A DNA stretch of 64,000 bases. Origin: a virus. The notes below the pieces were generated by a model, which saw nothing but the letters and a program-made list of their open reading frames with translations, was not told the DNA's origin and searched no databases. Shown here piece after piece: positions 18,302 through 29,300 of the stretch. The first letter of the stretch is position 1, and each line of letters opens with the position of its first letter. The position numbers were made by a program, and so were the translations under genes. The stretch spans positions 1-64,000 of IMG/VR virus record IMGVR_UViG_3300008952_002488, one strand, 5' to 3'.

Positions 18302-19423
18302 ATGTCAGCCGGTTTTGGTGCCAGTGGTAGTGGCGGGCAAGGATTTGCCATTAAACTTGAGGCTGACGGTGATACAAAGCTAGGAAATAGCGATGGTGAC
18401 TTGCATCAAGTTACGGGCACCCTCCACTTAAACGACAATGTATTTTTCTTGGCGAACGGAAGGCTCGGCATCGGCACTGACTCCCCCGACTATACTTTGG
18501 ATGTAGCTGGAAATATAGGGGTTGACGAAAGGATTTACCACAACGGAGATGCCGACACCTACATGATATTCACTGATAACAGGGTTCAATTTGAAGTAGG
18601 CAATCTCAAGATGCTTGGGATGCATAAGAAAGCGTCGGCCCCTCATCAAGTAACTGTCAATAGTAATAACAACAACGTTGACTTTGTTGTTAACAGCAAC
18701 AATAGTAGTACATCTCCAATACTGAGGGCTGACGCATCTACCGCCAGAGTGGGAATCGGAACATCTTCCCCAGACGGACTCCTGCATCTCGACAACGGAA
18801 CTTCCAACACAGAGTTGATTATTGAAAAAGATGCTGGAACATCTGGGAGTATTGTGTTTCATAATGCGGGCACCCGAGAAGCAGAAATAGCTTATTCTAC
18901 TGGCGAGGAAATTGAGGTACGCCATCATGTTGCGGATAAAGACATTACACTTAATGTTGTTTCCGGAAGTTCAGGTATGACGCTAGCCACAGCAGATGCG
19001 AGCACTAACGCATTTGTGGTAAATGGACAATTTGCACGAGGCACAGCAACAGCCAACCTTGGGTCAGGGACAACCTCTACGCTTGAGCCATTTGATGCCG
19101 AGGCTGGGGTCATTCTTTTAACGGTGTCCAGTGTCACGGTAAATCCAGCCGTAGGAGGGCATGTTTGTACCATCGCCGACGGCAAGGTCGCAGGACAGAT
19201 ATTAACAGTTGTTTTGGTCACAACTGCTCTTGATGGGTCTGGGGGAGAGACTGATATGGGAGTAATTATCTTTCAGCCCGCCAACCAGTTAAACTCATCG
19301 GAAACATCCACAGTCATGGGTGCGGCCCTCGGAGGGGAACCGCTGGGGGCTTCTTTTCAGTATATTTGGACAGGCAGCGCCTGGTGCCGTCTATCCACCA
19401 ACCGAGCCGGCGGGAACGTATAA
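18302..19423 (+). CDS. virion fiber/decoration-like beta-rich protein
   Basis: Two GIGTxSP repeats typical of phage fiber proteins; located in the head module. Confidence 0.6.
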   Translation: MSAGFGASGSGGQGFAIKLEADGDTKLGNSDGDLHQVTGTLHLNDNVFFLANGRLGIGTDSPDYTLDVAGNIGVDERIYHNGDADTYMIFTDNRVQFEVGNLKMLGMHKKASAPHQVTVNSNNNNVDFVVNSNNSSTSPILRADASTARVGIGTSSPDGLLHLDNGTSNTELIIEKDAGTSGSIVFHNAGTREAEIAYSTGEEIEVRHHVADKDITLNVVSGSSGMTLATADASTNAFVVNGQFARGTATANLGSGTTSTLEPFDAEAGVILLTVSSVTVNPAVGGHVCTIADGKVAGQILTVVLVTTALDGSGGETDMGVIIFQPANQLNSSETSTVMGAALGGEPLGASFQYIWTGSAWCRLSTNRAGGNV

Positions 19424-19474
19424 CACGGGAGTGTACTATATACTAAGTGCGTGGAAAACGCAAGAAAGAAATCT

Positions 19475-19861
19475 ATGAAAAAATCGGAACTTAAAAATAT
19501 TATTAAAGAATGCGTCAAAGAAGTGATCTTTGAGGAAGGCGTCCTCTCGGGCATCATCTCGGAAGTAGCCCAGGGATTACAGGGTGCATCCTTGGTCCAA
19601 GAATCCACACCACCGCCCAAGCCACAACGGCAAAATGTGTCGGAAGCCAAAAAGCAAGTTTTGTCAGCCATTGGGAACAATGGATATGACCATGTAAAAC
19701 AGAAGTTTTCTAACCCTGAGCTTTTTGAAGGAACGACCCCGATACCTGGCGATAGCAAGGGTCCTTTAGCGGGAGTTGCCGGAGGTGACCCTGGAGTAGA
19801 TATTAGTAACCTGCCTGGAATGGGCAAATGGGGAGCAGTTGCTTCCGGAATAAGAAAGTGA
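19475..19861 (+). CDS. head-module protein with MKKSELKNIIKECVKE leader-like N-terminus
   Basis: N-terminus resembles the KITKSQLRKIIKEE family. Confidence 0.65.
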   Translation: MKKSELKNIIKECVKEVIFEEGVLSGIISEVAQGLQGASLVQESTPPPKPQRQNVSEAKKQVLSAIGNNGYDHVKQKFSNPELFEGTTPIPGDSKGPLAGVAGGDPGVDISNLPGMGKWGAVASGIRK

Positions 19862-19866
19862 AAGAA

Positions 19867-20172
19867 ATGAAAAGAAACAAATCATTCAAACGTAGTAGAA
19901 AACCACGCATTAGAGGCTGTATTGTAGTTGAGGCTGATGAGTGCCGAGGTGACGCAGAAAAGATGGTGAGGAAATTTATAAAGAAGGTAAAGAGAGATGG
20001 AATTATTGATGAGTTCAAAGACAGAACATATTATAAGAAGCCTTCTGTGCTTAAAGGAATCAGAAAAGCCACCAGACAAAGATTGATTGATAAGGTAAAT
20101 AAGAAAAGACTAGAACTATTTACTCCGACTAATAAAAAAAGGTCGAACCCTAAAAGTGGGAGAAGAAAATAA
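19867..20172 (+). CDS. rpsU: phage ribosomal protein bS21 homolog
   Basis: AEKMVRKFIKKVKRDGIIDEFKDRTYYKKPS matches the bS21 pattern (E.ALRRFKR....GI..E...R.YEKPS); start may be GTG 19858. Confidence 0.8.
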   Translation: MKRNKSFKRSRKPRIRGCIVVEADECRGDAEKMVRKFIKKVKRDGIIDEFKDRTYYKKPSVLKGIRKATRQRLIDKVNKKRLELFTPTNKKRSNPKSGRRK

Positions 20173-20606
20173 TGGGAAGAAACTATTCATATGGCACTCC
20201 GGGTGTTTTAAATGTGGGTTCATATCAGGTGGCGGGACTACCCTACCTTTCTGGGTCAGAGGCGCTAGCGGCAAGTAACGAAGATAGACACACTTTTGAC
20301 CCTCTTGCTAAGTCCGTTACAGTTGTTAATCATGGAGCGCACGCACTGAGAGTTCACTTTGTGCCAACTGGTGCAATGAACACTCCTGCAACAACTCATC
20401 ACTATATAACCGTATCAGGTGCAGCAGGGTTAGCCGCAGGTCATGCCTCCTCTGGAAGCAACTCAATTGTCCTAAATGGCAGAATGAAAGATTTATATAT
20501 TTCACAACCAGGCGGCGGGACAACTCAATACGACATTTATGCTGAGTTGACAAATATTTCATCGGGTGAAATGACAACCGTTACTGGCTCAGGAATATCT
20601 GATTAA
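20172..20606 (+). CDS. hypothetical virion-module protein
   Basis: ORF; promoter-like motif at 20115. Confidence 0.65.
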   Translation: MGRNYSYGTPGVLNVGSYQVAGLPYLSGSEALAASNEDRHTFDPLAKSVTVVNHGAHALRVHFVPTGAMNTPATTHHYITVSGAAGLAAGHASSGSNSIVLNGRMKDLYISQPGGGTTQYDIYAELTNISSGEMTTVTGSGISD

Positions 20607-20690
20607 CTTTACTTGAGAAACACTTGGTCGATTGAACACACAAATAACTATATATTTTGATGTATTTTCATTTTTAAAGGGGGAACTTTA

Positions 20691-21695
20691 ATGTCAAATA
20701 TGCTGGATCAGGCAATCGTTGACGCCCAAGCACTTCGAGAAGCAGCTATCAAGAGTGCTGAAAAAGCGGTGGTTGAAAAATATGCCCCCGAAGTAAAACA
20801 AGCGATTCAGCAGCTTTTGGAACAGGATCCAGGCGAAGAGGAAATGGGTCTAGACCCCCTGGCAGGAGAAGAGGAAGAGGAAAGTCCGATCATGGCTGAC
20901 GTCCCTATGTCCCACGACCCTGACCAAGCAGAAGAAGAAATAGTCGTTGTGGATCTTGATCAGATTATTGCTGCTGCCGAAGACGACGCTGACGCAGGCG
21001 AAGAAGAATTTGAGCTTGGGCGGGATGATCTAGCTGCCGAGGTGGGTATTGACTTAGAAGAGCCCATCGCCGCAGCAAATAGAGATGATGAAATCGAAAT
21101 CAACGAAAATGAGTTGATGGATATGTTTAAAGAAATGCTTGTTGTTGACGTAGACGAGCAAGATATAAAAGTTGCCGAAGAGGCTGTTGAGGCTGAAAAG
21201 GAAGAAGAGGCTGAAGAAGAAGTTTTTGTAGCATCTGTCGCCGATGACGGAATGGATAAAAAAGACATAGAAGATGCAAGCAGAGAAACAGCCCGCCTTC
21301 AGATGAAGAATGAGCAACTGACGAAACAAAACAAAGAATTAAAGAGCCTTATCATTAAGGTTAAAGATAGATTAGAAGAAGTTAACCTATCAAATGCTAG
21401 GTTACTATATGCGAATCGTGTTCTACAAGACACCTCCTTGAATGAGCAGCAAAAAACTAAAATTGCTGAGTTGGTCGGTGGCGCACGGTCGGTGGAAGAA
21501 GCGAAGATGGTCTTTGAGACCCTTCAAAAGACAATGGCGGGTAATTCTGGAAAGAAATCCACACAATCGTTGTCTGAAGCAGTATCAAGAAGATCTTCAG
21601 TTATTCTTAGTGGACGCCGCACGGAAGAAAACACCGACGGTAATCCGGTAGTAAATCGCTGGGCTACGCTCGCAGGTATAAACAATAAAAAATAA
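20691..21695 (+). CDS. prohead scaffolding/core protein (gp22-like)
   Basis: Very acidic, coiled coil, many LxE sites; directly upstream of the major capsid gene. Confidence 0.8.
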   Translation: MSNMLDQAIVDAQALREAAIKSAEKAVVEKYAPEVKQAIQQLLEQDPGEEEMGLDPLAGEEEEESPIMADVPMSHDPDQAEEEIVVVDLDQIIAAAEDDADAGEEEFELGRDDLAAEVGIDLEEPIAAANRDDEIEINENELMDMFKEMLVVDVDEQDIKVAEEAVEAEKEEEAEEEVFVASVADDGMDKKDIEDASRETARLQMKNEQLTKQNKELKSLIIKVKDRLEEVNLSNARLLYANRVLQDTSLNEQQKTKIAELVGGARSVEEAKMVFETLQKTMAGNSGKKSTQSLSEAVSRRSSVILSGRRTEENTDGNPVVNRWATLAGINNKK

Positions 21696-21712
21696 AAGGA
21701 GATTTTTTTATT

Positions 21713-23488
21713 ATGTCTATGATTGACACACTAACAGAAGGCATCAGACAACGCTCTCTTGCCAATGAAGGTGAAGCTCTACTCTCCAAGTGGGAGAAGA
21801 CTGGTCTTCTTGAGGGACTTAGTGACCACAGCCGTGGTTACATGGCTCGCCTCTTGGAAAACCAGGCTGCTCAATTGCTCAAGGAGCAAACCACGATGCA
21901 AGCAGGAGATGTTGAAGGCTTTGCCTCAGTTGCTTTCCCAATCGTTCGCCGTGTTTTCGGTGGATTGTTGGCTCAGGACCTTGTTTCGGTCCAACCCATG
22001 AGTCTACCCAGTGGACTCATTTTCTTTATGGACTTCGTGTACAGTCCCGATAGCGCCACAGGCGACGCTGACCAAAGTGGTAGTGTCCACCGCCTCGGTG
22101 CTACTGGCGACGAATCCATTTACGGTCAAGGACGAGTCGGTCGTCAGATCATGAGCGGTGCCAATTTGGCTGACGCTGCTGGTCAGAAGAGCTTCTACGA
22201 CCTTGGTAACGGATTTTCGAGCCCCACAGGTTCGATCACGGGTATTACCATCATTGCTTCGGGTACGTTCGGTGCGAACGAATCTTCGGCTGATGTTAAG
22301 ACCCTTCGTCGTGACCCAGATCTGATCTCGGGTACTTCGACGTTCGTTATTGGTGAGTTCGACATTGCTAACAGCGATGGTGTGAACACTGACAACCTTG
22401 CTGCTCTCGTGGTTTCGGGTACCAATGGTGCTGGTAACCTTGGTGTCAAGGCTGTTGCAGATACTAACGGTGGCGGATACCACGCCCGCCGCTTGACCCA
22501 ATTCTCGGGAACAAGAACCGACAGAATTCTTGTTGTGGGCGTTAGCCGCAACGCTTCGCTTTCATCGGTTCAGCTTTCTGAGTCCATGGGTGGATTTACT
22601 GCTGGCGGTGCCTCCGTCGGTGGTATTGTGTACTTCCCGAAGACTGACGAATTTGTCGCCGCAGGCGATCCTTTCGGCGCTCTTGCAGGTAGTAACAGCA
22701 ACCAAAGCTGGGGACTTGAAGCTAATCAGCAGATCCCAGAGATCGACATCAAGGTGGACAGCACCGCTGTCACAGCGGTCACCAAGAAGCTCAAGGCTAA
22801 ATGGAGCCCCGAGCTTGCTCAGGACTTGAACGCTTATCACAACCTCGACGCTGAAGTTGAGTTGACAAGCATTCTTTCCGAGCAGATCGCTCTTGAAATC
22901 GATCAAGAGATCCTTTCGGATCTGGTCGCTGGTGCATCCGCTGACACGCTTTACTGGAGCCGTCGCCCTGGTAAGTTCCTTAGCCGCAATGACGGTAGCG
23001 ACCTTACCAACAGCTTGGCTCCGACCTTCACAGGTACGGTGAGCGAGTGGTACGAGACTCTTCTTGAGACCATTAATGATCTCAGTGCTCGTATGCACCG
23101 CAAGACGCTTCGTGGCGGCGCAAACTTCTTGGTTTGCTCTCCTGAAGTGGCTTCCCTCCTTGAGTTCACCAGTGGATTCAAGGCGAGCGTCAAGGCTGAC
23201 GAAGACAAGGGCTCTTGGGGCGCTGTCAACGTTGGTAGCTTGAGTCGCAAGATGGATATCTATGTTGATCCTTACTTCATCCGGAACGTGGTTCTGGTCG
23301 GACGTAAGGGAAGTAGCTTCCTTGAAAGCGGCTATGTGTACGCTCCGTATGTTCCGCTGCAAGTCACGCCGACCATTTTTGGTACAGAAGATTTCGTGCC
23401 CCGCAAGGGTGTCATGACTCGCTATGCCAAGAAGATGGTGCGTCCTGATATGTACGGGCTTGTTGTTGTCTATGATCTTAACGGTTAA
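21713..23488 (+). CDS. major capsid protein (T4 gp23-like)
   Basis: KWEKTGLLEGL, VQPMSLPSGLIF, KLKAKWSPELAQDLNAYH, YAPYVPL, GVMTRY. Confidence 0.97.
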   Translation: MSMIDTLTEGIRQRSLANEGEALLSKWEKTGLLEGLSDHSRGYMARLLENQAAQLLKEQTTMQAGDVEGFASVAFPIVRRVFGGLLAQDLVSVQPMSLPSGLIFFMDFVYSPDSATGDADQSGSVHRLGATGDESIYGQGRVGRQIMSGANLADAAGQKSFYDLGNGFSSPTGSITGITIIASGTFGANESSADVKTLRRDPDLISGTSTFVIGEFDIANSDGVNTDNLAALVVSGTNGAGNLGVKAVADTNGGGYHARRLTQFSGTRTDRILVVGVSRNASLSSVQLSESMGGFTAGGASVGGIVYFPKTDEFVAAGDPFGALAGSNSNQSWGLEANQQIPEIDIKVDSTAVTAVTKKLKAKWSPELAQDLNAYHNLDAEVELTSILSEQIALEIDQEILSDLVAGASADTLYWSRRPGKFLSRNDGSDLTNSLAPTFTGTVSEWYETLLETINDLSARMHRKTLRGGANFLVCSPEVASLLEFTSGFKASVKADEDKGSWGAVNVGSLSRKMDIYVDPYFIRNVVLVGRKGSSFLESGYVYAPYVPLQVTPTIFGTEDFVPRKGVMTRYAKKMVRPDMYGLVVVYDLNG

Positions 23489-23523
23489 TGTAAATTAACT
23501 AAAGACTGAATAACAGCGCAGTT

Positions 23524-23556
23524 AACCTCGTCCTTGTGGCGGGGTTTTCTGTTTTT
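23524..23556 (+). terminator. intrinsic terminator after the major capsid gene
   Basis: AACCTCGTC/GGCGGGGTT stem followed by a T-rich tract. Confidence 0.7.
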
Positions 23557-23579
23557 ATATGCTAACTACATTGGACAAA

Positions 23580-23588
23580 ACTATTTAT
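23580..23588 (+). promoter_or_regulatory. putative late promoter ACTATTTAT
   Basis: Recurrent motif just after the terminator. Confidence 0.65.
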
Positions 23589-23628
23589 TAAGACCAAGTG
23601 TCTTCATTTAAATTAAGAGGATTTTTTA

Positions 23629-24873
23629 ATGCCCGTTAATTTGTCGCCTAAGAGCCAAACGAGTGCCCTAATATTGACTTCGACAGGGAGTGCTACGCAG
23701 GTCGCAAGTGCTTTAGCTTACGGTATTTATAGTGGCAGCGCACACTTTGTTAGTGGTGCTGTAGATCAAGTTGCATATGTTTATAATAAACTAGGCGGTA
23801 ACATCCTTGACTTAGAAATTACAACAGACAATGTTTACAACGCTTACGAAGAAGCCTGCCTAGAATATTCGTATCTTATAAACACACATCAGGCAAAAAA
23901 TGTATTATCAGACTTGATGGGTAACACCACAGGAACTTTCGACCAAGATGGTGAATTCACAGGGTCGTTTAGTACAAACGCCAACCTAAAATTCCCCAGG
24001 TTCCAGTTGGGGTATGCTACTCACATTGGCAGAGGGGCAAGTCTGCACGCAGGCGTGGGAGCAAGTCAAGCATTGTATTCAGCTTCCTTTTCTGCCTCAA
24101 GAGATGTTCAGGATTATGATTTGCAGGCTATTATTTATAGCGCATCTCTCACCTCAAGTCAACCCTTTTATAACAAAGTTGGTTCTGGGTCAGTAACGAT
24201 TCACGAAGTTTATTATAAAACCCCGAGGGCAGCCTGGAGGTTTTTTGGTGGAACATCTGTTGGTACTGTCGGAAACCTGTCAACATATGGAATGTATGCT
24301 GATGATGCAAACTTCCAAGTTGTCCCAGCATGGCAAAATGTTCTTCAAGCATATGCATATGAACAAGATATGAAAGTGAGAGCCTCTCATTATTCATTTG
24401 AGATTAACAATAATAGGCTTAGGATATTCCCAACGCCTGACGGCTTAAATCCGAGCAGTTTTTGGGTTAAGTTTAGGGTTGCCGAGGACGCTTATGAAGA
24501 AGAGGCTGACAGGACTTATGGTGCCGATGGTGTGAATAATATGAACGCCTTGCCGTTTCCGAATATTCCTTATGAAAATATTAATAGCATTGGGAAACAG
24601 TGGATTAGAAGGTTTGCACTATCCCTATGTAAAGAAACTTTAGGACAAGTAAGGTCAAAACTTGCATCAATCCCCATACCGGGCAATGACATAACCTTGA
24701 ACGGAGCAGCCCTTATTTCGGAGGCAAAAGAAGAACAAAACGCATTGCGTGATGAGCTTAAAACTGTATTAGATGAATTGGTGTATGGTAAGTTAGCCGA
24801 GGGAGATGCGGCAATGCAAGATAGTATTAACAATGTATTTAAGAATATTCCTCACGGCATTTATGTGGGCTAG
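23629..24873 (+). CDS. neck/head-tail adaptor protein (gp13-like)
   Basis: WIRRFALSLCKETLGQVRSK...IPGNDITLNG motif; position after the capsid gene. Confidence 0.7.
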   Translation: MPVNLSPKSQTSALILTSTGSATQVASALAYGIYSGSAHFVSGAVDQVAYVYNKLGGNILDLEITTDNVYNAYEEACLEYSYLINTHQAKNVLSDLMGNTTGTFDQDGEFTGSFSTNANLKFPRFQLGYATHIGRGASLHAGVGASQALYSASFSASRDVQDYDLQAIIYSASLTSSQPFYNKVGSGSVTIHEVYYKTPRAAWRFFGGTSVGTVGNLSTYGMYADDANFQVVPAWQNVLQAYAYEQDMKVRASHYSFEINNNRLRIFPTPDGLNPSSFWVKFRVAEDAYEEEADRTYGADGVNNMNALPFPNIPYENINSIGKQWIRRFALSLCKETLGQVRSKLASIPIPGNDITLNGAALISEAKEEQNALRDELKTVLDELVYGKLAEGDAAMQDSINNVFKNIPHGIYVG

Positions 24874-24877
24874 TTAG

Positions 24878-25390
24878 ATGTCTGATCGATCAAACAGGTG
24901 GACACAGCCAAGCACCCCACCACCGCCGCTTTTTGTTGGGCAGGCGGAAAGAAACTTTGTCAAACAAATCAGTGATGAGGTCATTGAAAAGATTGTTGGA
25001 CAACAGGTTTTGTACTATCCAATTGATATGGAAAGAACAAACTACCACCCCCTTTATGGAGAGGCAATTAATAAAACTTTCTTGCCCCCGGTTAGGGTAT
25101 ATGCATTGGTAGAGTATGTGGGCTCAGAAAGAGTCCAGCAAAAGTTTGGGTTCGACAATTTGTATAATATAAATGTTCACATGCACAAGCGCCGATTAGC
25201 AGAAGATCAAGATTTGTTTGTGCGCCTTGGGGATTTTATGCAGTACGATGAGATGTATTTTGAAATTGTTGACGTATTTGAGCCTCGTTATATATTTGGT
25301 CAAGATAGTGCGTTTACTTCCACAGAGACTTCTGTTGAGGTAACTGCGGTTGGAAAGCAAGCAAGAAGGGGACTGTTTAATGCCAGTTAG
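24878..25390 (+). CDS. head closure/neck protein (gp14-like)
   Basis: GQQVLYY...LYGEA motif; synteny. Confidence 0.6.
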   Translation: MSDRSNRWTQPSTPPPPLFVGQAERNFVKQISDEVIEKIVGQQVLYYPIDMERTNYHPLYGEAINKTFLPPVRVYALVEYVGSERVQQKFGFDNLYNINVHMHKRRLAEDQDLFVRLGDFMQYDEMYFEIVDVFEPRYIFGQDSAFTSTETSVEVTAVGKQARRGLFNAS

Positions 25391-26279
25391 AACTCAGCCA
25401 CAGCAGGCGCAACTGTCTGCTTCGTACACCATAAAGTCTTCTACGATTGAGACAATTGATTATGCTTTGTATAATTTCATAAATGATGAATTGAATATTT
25501 ACGTCACAAGCAATAAAGGTTTCGAGAAGGTTCCGATTATATTTTCTATCCCCGAAAGAGCCCATCAAGTGAAAAACCTTAGAACAACAAACGACCAAGA
25601 ATTGCGACCAAACGGCAGAACATTAAACTACCCTATAATTTCAATTGCAAAGACCTCTGTGATGCAAAACCCAGCAAACAAGGCAAAATACGGAGTTCAT
25701 ATACCCCCTTATTTTGATTATTATAAGCGCAAAGCATCGATCCCGATTGCCAGACGCATAAAGCAGGATAAAACTGCAAATTTTGCTAATGCGAATGCTA
25801 TCAGGAAGTCAGACGGAGGCATGAATGCAAACAGGCAGACTTTTCCTGGGGAAAATAAGAACATTGTTTACGAAACACTGATGATCCCGATGCCGACTTT
25901 CATAGAATGCACCTACACTGTGAGTGTTATAACAGAATACCAGCAACAGATGAATGAAGTGCTTTCCACTTTTCATACTTTGACTGGGGATCCATCTGTT
26001 TTTAAAATAAGCCACGAAAGAAATTCTTACGAAGCGTTTGTGGACCCCACCTACAATATAGATTTTAAGCCGGACGGAATTGACGTCAATGAAAGGACTT
26101 TTACCGCAGGAATTACGATTAAGGTATTGGGATACCTCATTGGTGCCCAAGACAACCAAGATACGCCTGTTATTGTCAAGCGTCAAAGTGCTGCAAAGAT
26201 AAGGTTTTCGAGAGAAAGAACAATGCTCGGCGAGGAGCCAGACTTCCACGCCGACAGAAAAGATAAATTCAGGTCATAA
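25380..26279 (+). CDS. tail terminator/sheath stabiliser (gp15-like)
   Basis: KVPIIFSIPER, YPIISI, EYQQQMNE; synteny. Confidence 0.55.
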   Translation: MPVRTQPQQAQLSASYTIKSSTIETIDYALYNFINDELNIYVTSNKGFEKVPIIFSIPERAHQVKNLRTTNDQELRPNGRTLNYPIISIAKTSVMQNPANKAKYGVHIPPYFDYYKRKASIPIARRIKQDKTANFANANAIRKSDGGMNANRQTFPGENKNIVYETLMIPMPTFIECTYTVSVITEYQQQMNEVLSTFHTLTGDPSVFKISHERNSYEAFVDPTYNIDFKPDGIDVNERTFTAGITIKVLGYLIGAQDNQDTPVIVKRQSAAKIRFSRERTMLGEEPDFHADRKDKFRS

Positions 26280-26306
26280 ACTCAAAGGAGTTTGGCAGAT
26301 TATCTT

Positions 26307-26315
26307 ACTATTTAT
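26307..26315 (+). promoter_or_regulatory. putative late promoter ACTATTTAT
   Basis: Upstream of the tail sheath gene. Confidence 0.65.
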
Positions 26316-26379
26316 TATTAGCAATCGCTCACGCACATTGCTTTAACCACGAGTTAATAACGAGGAGAACAAAGTTAAA

Positions 26380-29300
26380 ATGGCGGATAATCCCACAAGT
26401 AAGTTTAAGTTTATTTCCCCAGGCGTCTTTGTTGACGAAATAGACAATAGCCAACTTCCTGCCGAGCCAGGACAAGTTGGACCAATGGTTATAGGTAGAG
26501 CACGGAAGGGACCTGCAATGCAGCCCGTGACAGTTAGTTCCTTTTCTGAGTTCATTGACACTTTTGGCGAGCCTATTCCTGGCAACGACGGTGAAGATGT
26601 TTGGCGCTACGGCAATACACTTGGACCAACCTATGCCGCCTATGCCGCTCAGGCTTGGCTAAAGAGCGCAACGTCTTTGACCTATATGCGTACTGTCGGT
26701 GTGCAAGATCCTGACGCATCTTCCGCCGGCTATGCTGGATGGAAAGCAGGAACAATTAGCAGCACTCCTTCTGCCGGTGGTGCATGGGGACTTTTCCTCT
26801 GGCCCTCGGGAACCCTTCACACGGGTGCAGGGCAAGGTGCCGCCGTAACTGGTGCGTTGGCTGCAACGTTCTACTGCGAAGCAGGGCGAGTTCTTCTTTC
26901 GGGAACAAGAGCCGATGCTCAACTTACCGCATCTGCTTGCGAATTGTATAAGACAAACACCGATGGTGATGTTGATCTTATGATTTCGAAAGACGGAACA
27001 TTTGCAAACCTCCAAAAAGTAACAATTAGCTTGAACCCAGCTAAGAACAACTTCGTTAGAAACGTTCTCAACACCAACCCGACCCTTACGAACGAAAATA
27101 TCACACGTCGAAGCACAGCTTCTTCAAGTCAAGGTGGTAGATTCTGGCTTGGTGAAACCTATGAAAGAAGTTTGGTAGCAAAAAGCGCAACTTCCATCGG
27201 AGAGATGGTTGGCTCTGGCTCGTCGGGTGAAAATGTCACAACGACAACCGCTTGGGCTGCGATTTTGCCGCTCAGAAACCAAGAGACCATTACAGAAGTA
27301 GGAAATGACTTCCAGTTTGAGGCTCAGAAATCAACAACAGGTTGGTACTTCTGCCAAGATACGAATCAGGGAATCGCCTCAGCATCTTACGACGCCACCT
27401 TACAACAAAAGTTGTTTAGGTTTGAGGCTTTGACTCCTGGCGACTGGGCACAGAGAGAAATAAAGATTTCAATTCAAGATATAAAGGCACCGCAAGGTAA
27501 CTTTGAAAAGTATGGAACCTTTAGTGTTATTGTTCGCAAGTTGTCCGATAACGATAACCGCCAGGTCGTTTTGGAAAGATACGACCAACTCAATCTTAAT
27601 CCCGCTTCTCCAAACTATATCGCCGCACAGATTGGTGATAGGTTTAAAGAATATGATTCGACAGAGAAGCGTAATAGAGAGTACGGACAATACGCCAACC
27701 GCTCGAAATACATTCGTGTCGTCATGGACGACGATGTTGAGGCCGGCGTTACAGATCCGCAGCTTCTGCCCTTCGGTGTTTTGGGTCCCTTGACCTACCG
27801 CTCCGTTTCGATCTTGAGTGCATCAAGCGGTCTTGTTAGCGTCTCAGGTACAGGTAACGGTGTTATTGGTACCGCCGCCCTCAGTGCCTCTCGTGGCGCA
27901 GTAGCCAGCCTGATCGATGGCGGTGACACAGACCGTTTCGGAGTCCAGGGGGGCTACCAGAAAGAATCCGGTGCCGATAGCGCAACTGCTGGACCCGGAC
28001 TTCTTGCCGGTCTCGGCGGACAGGGCGGATTAACCGCTTCGGTCGTATTCCCCACTGTCCCTCTTCGTAAGAAAGACGACTGGGGATCTCCCAAGAACCT
28101 CAAGAAGACTTACTGGGGTGCTTGGACCGGGCGAACCAACTCGGACACTCAGTTTAATGATCAGCTTCATGACTGCTTGAGACCCCGCCTGAAAGGACTT
28201 CAGTCTTCTCCGGCCGGAACGTCTCATGATCTCAAGGATAGTCCAACTCAAAGCAGGGCATCGCAAGATCCGCTTGTGATTGCATGGCACTTTACTATTG
28301 ACGATATTTCTGGCTCGGTAGCAGAAGGATATCAGTTTGTTTCGGGATCACGCCAAGCTGCACCAGGCTCTTCCAACGGGCAGAGTGTTTCGGCGGCAAG
28401 CTCTTCTTTTTCGGGCGCTTTGGACGCAGGTTTGGATAGGTTCACTACACTGCTTCATGGCGGCTTTGAAGGGTTTGACGTCACAGAAAAAGACCCCTTC
28501 CGTCAGAGTAACTTCAGTACGGCAACAAACGAAAAGACCTCTTATCCGTTGCACACGCTCAAGAGAGCGATCAACATTGTTTCCGATTCGGAAGACTCTC
28601 AGTACAACCTTATCACGCTGCCAGGGATTGTGCAAACAAATGTGACTGACCATCTTTTGGATGTTGCTGAAGAGCGTGGTGATGCACTTGCCATCATAGA
28701 TATTGATAAGATTTATGACGCAGAAACAGAAAACACCAAGAGCGTCTCTGGTAGAAACGCTTACACGATTAAGCAAGCAACTGACGCTCTAAGTGATAGA
28801 GAGATCAACAACAGCTACGGTGCAACGTATGCTCCGTGGGTACTGGTGAGGGATACGGTCAACAATAGAAGAATCTGGATGCCGCCTTCGGTTGCAGCCC
28901 TTGGGGTTCTTGCTAATACTGATAAAACTTCTTACCCCTGGTTTGCTCCAGCAGGATTCACTCGTGGTGGATTGAGCGAGGGTGCCGCCGGCTTGCCGAT
29001 CTTGGATGTGTCCAAGAAGCTGACGCAAGACGACAGAGACAGGTTGTATGAAAACAATATTAACCCAATTGCCAAGTTCCCTGCTGAAGGTATTGTAGTC
29101 TTCGGACAAAAAACACTACAGCAGACCCGCTCGGCACTTGATAGGATTAATGTTCGTCGCTTGATGATCTTCCTCAAGCGTGAAATATCGTTTATCGCCT
29201 CTAGGCTCTTGTTCGATGTTAATGCTCAGGTGACTTGGGATAGGTTCACGTCTCAGGCAAACGTGGTCCTCAACAATGTGAAGTCTGGATTTGGTATTGA

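Noticed and set aside
22562-23362. 266-aa minus-strand ORF and other antisense ORFs across the window
   Set aside because: Shadows of codon-biased + strand genes; no recognisable protein features; the window is uniformly + coded.
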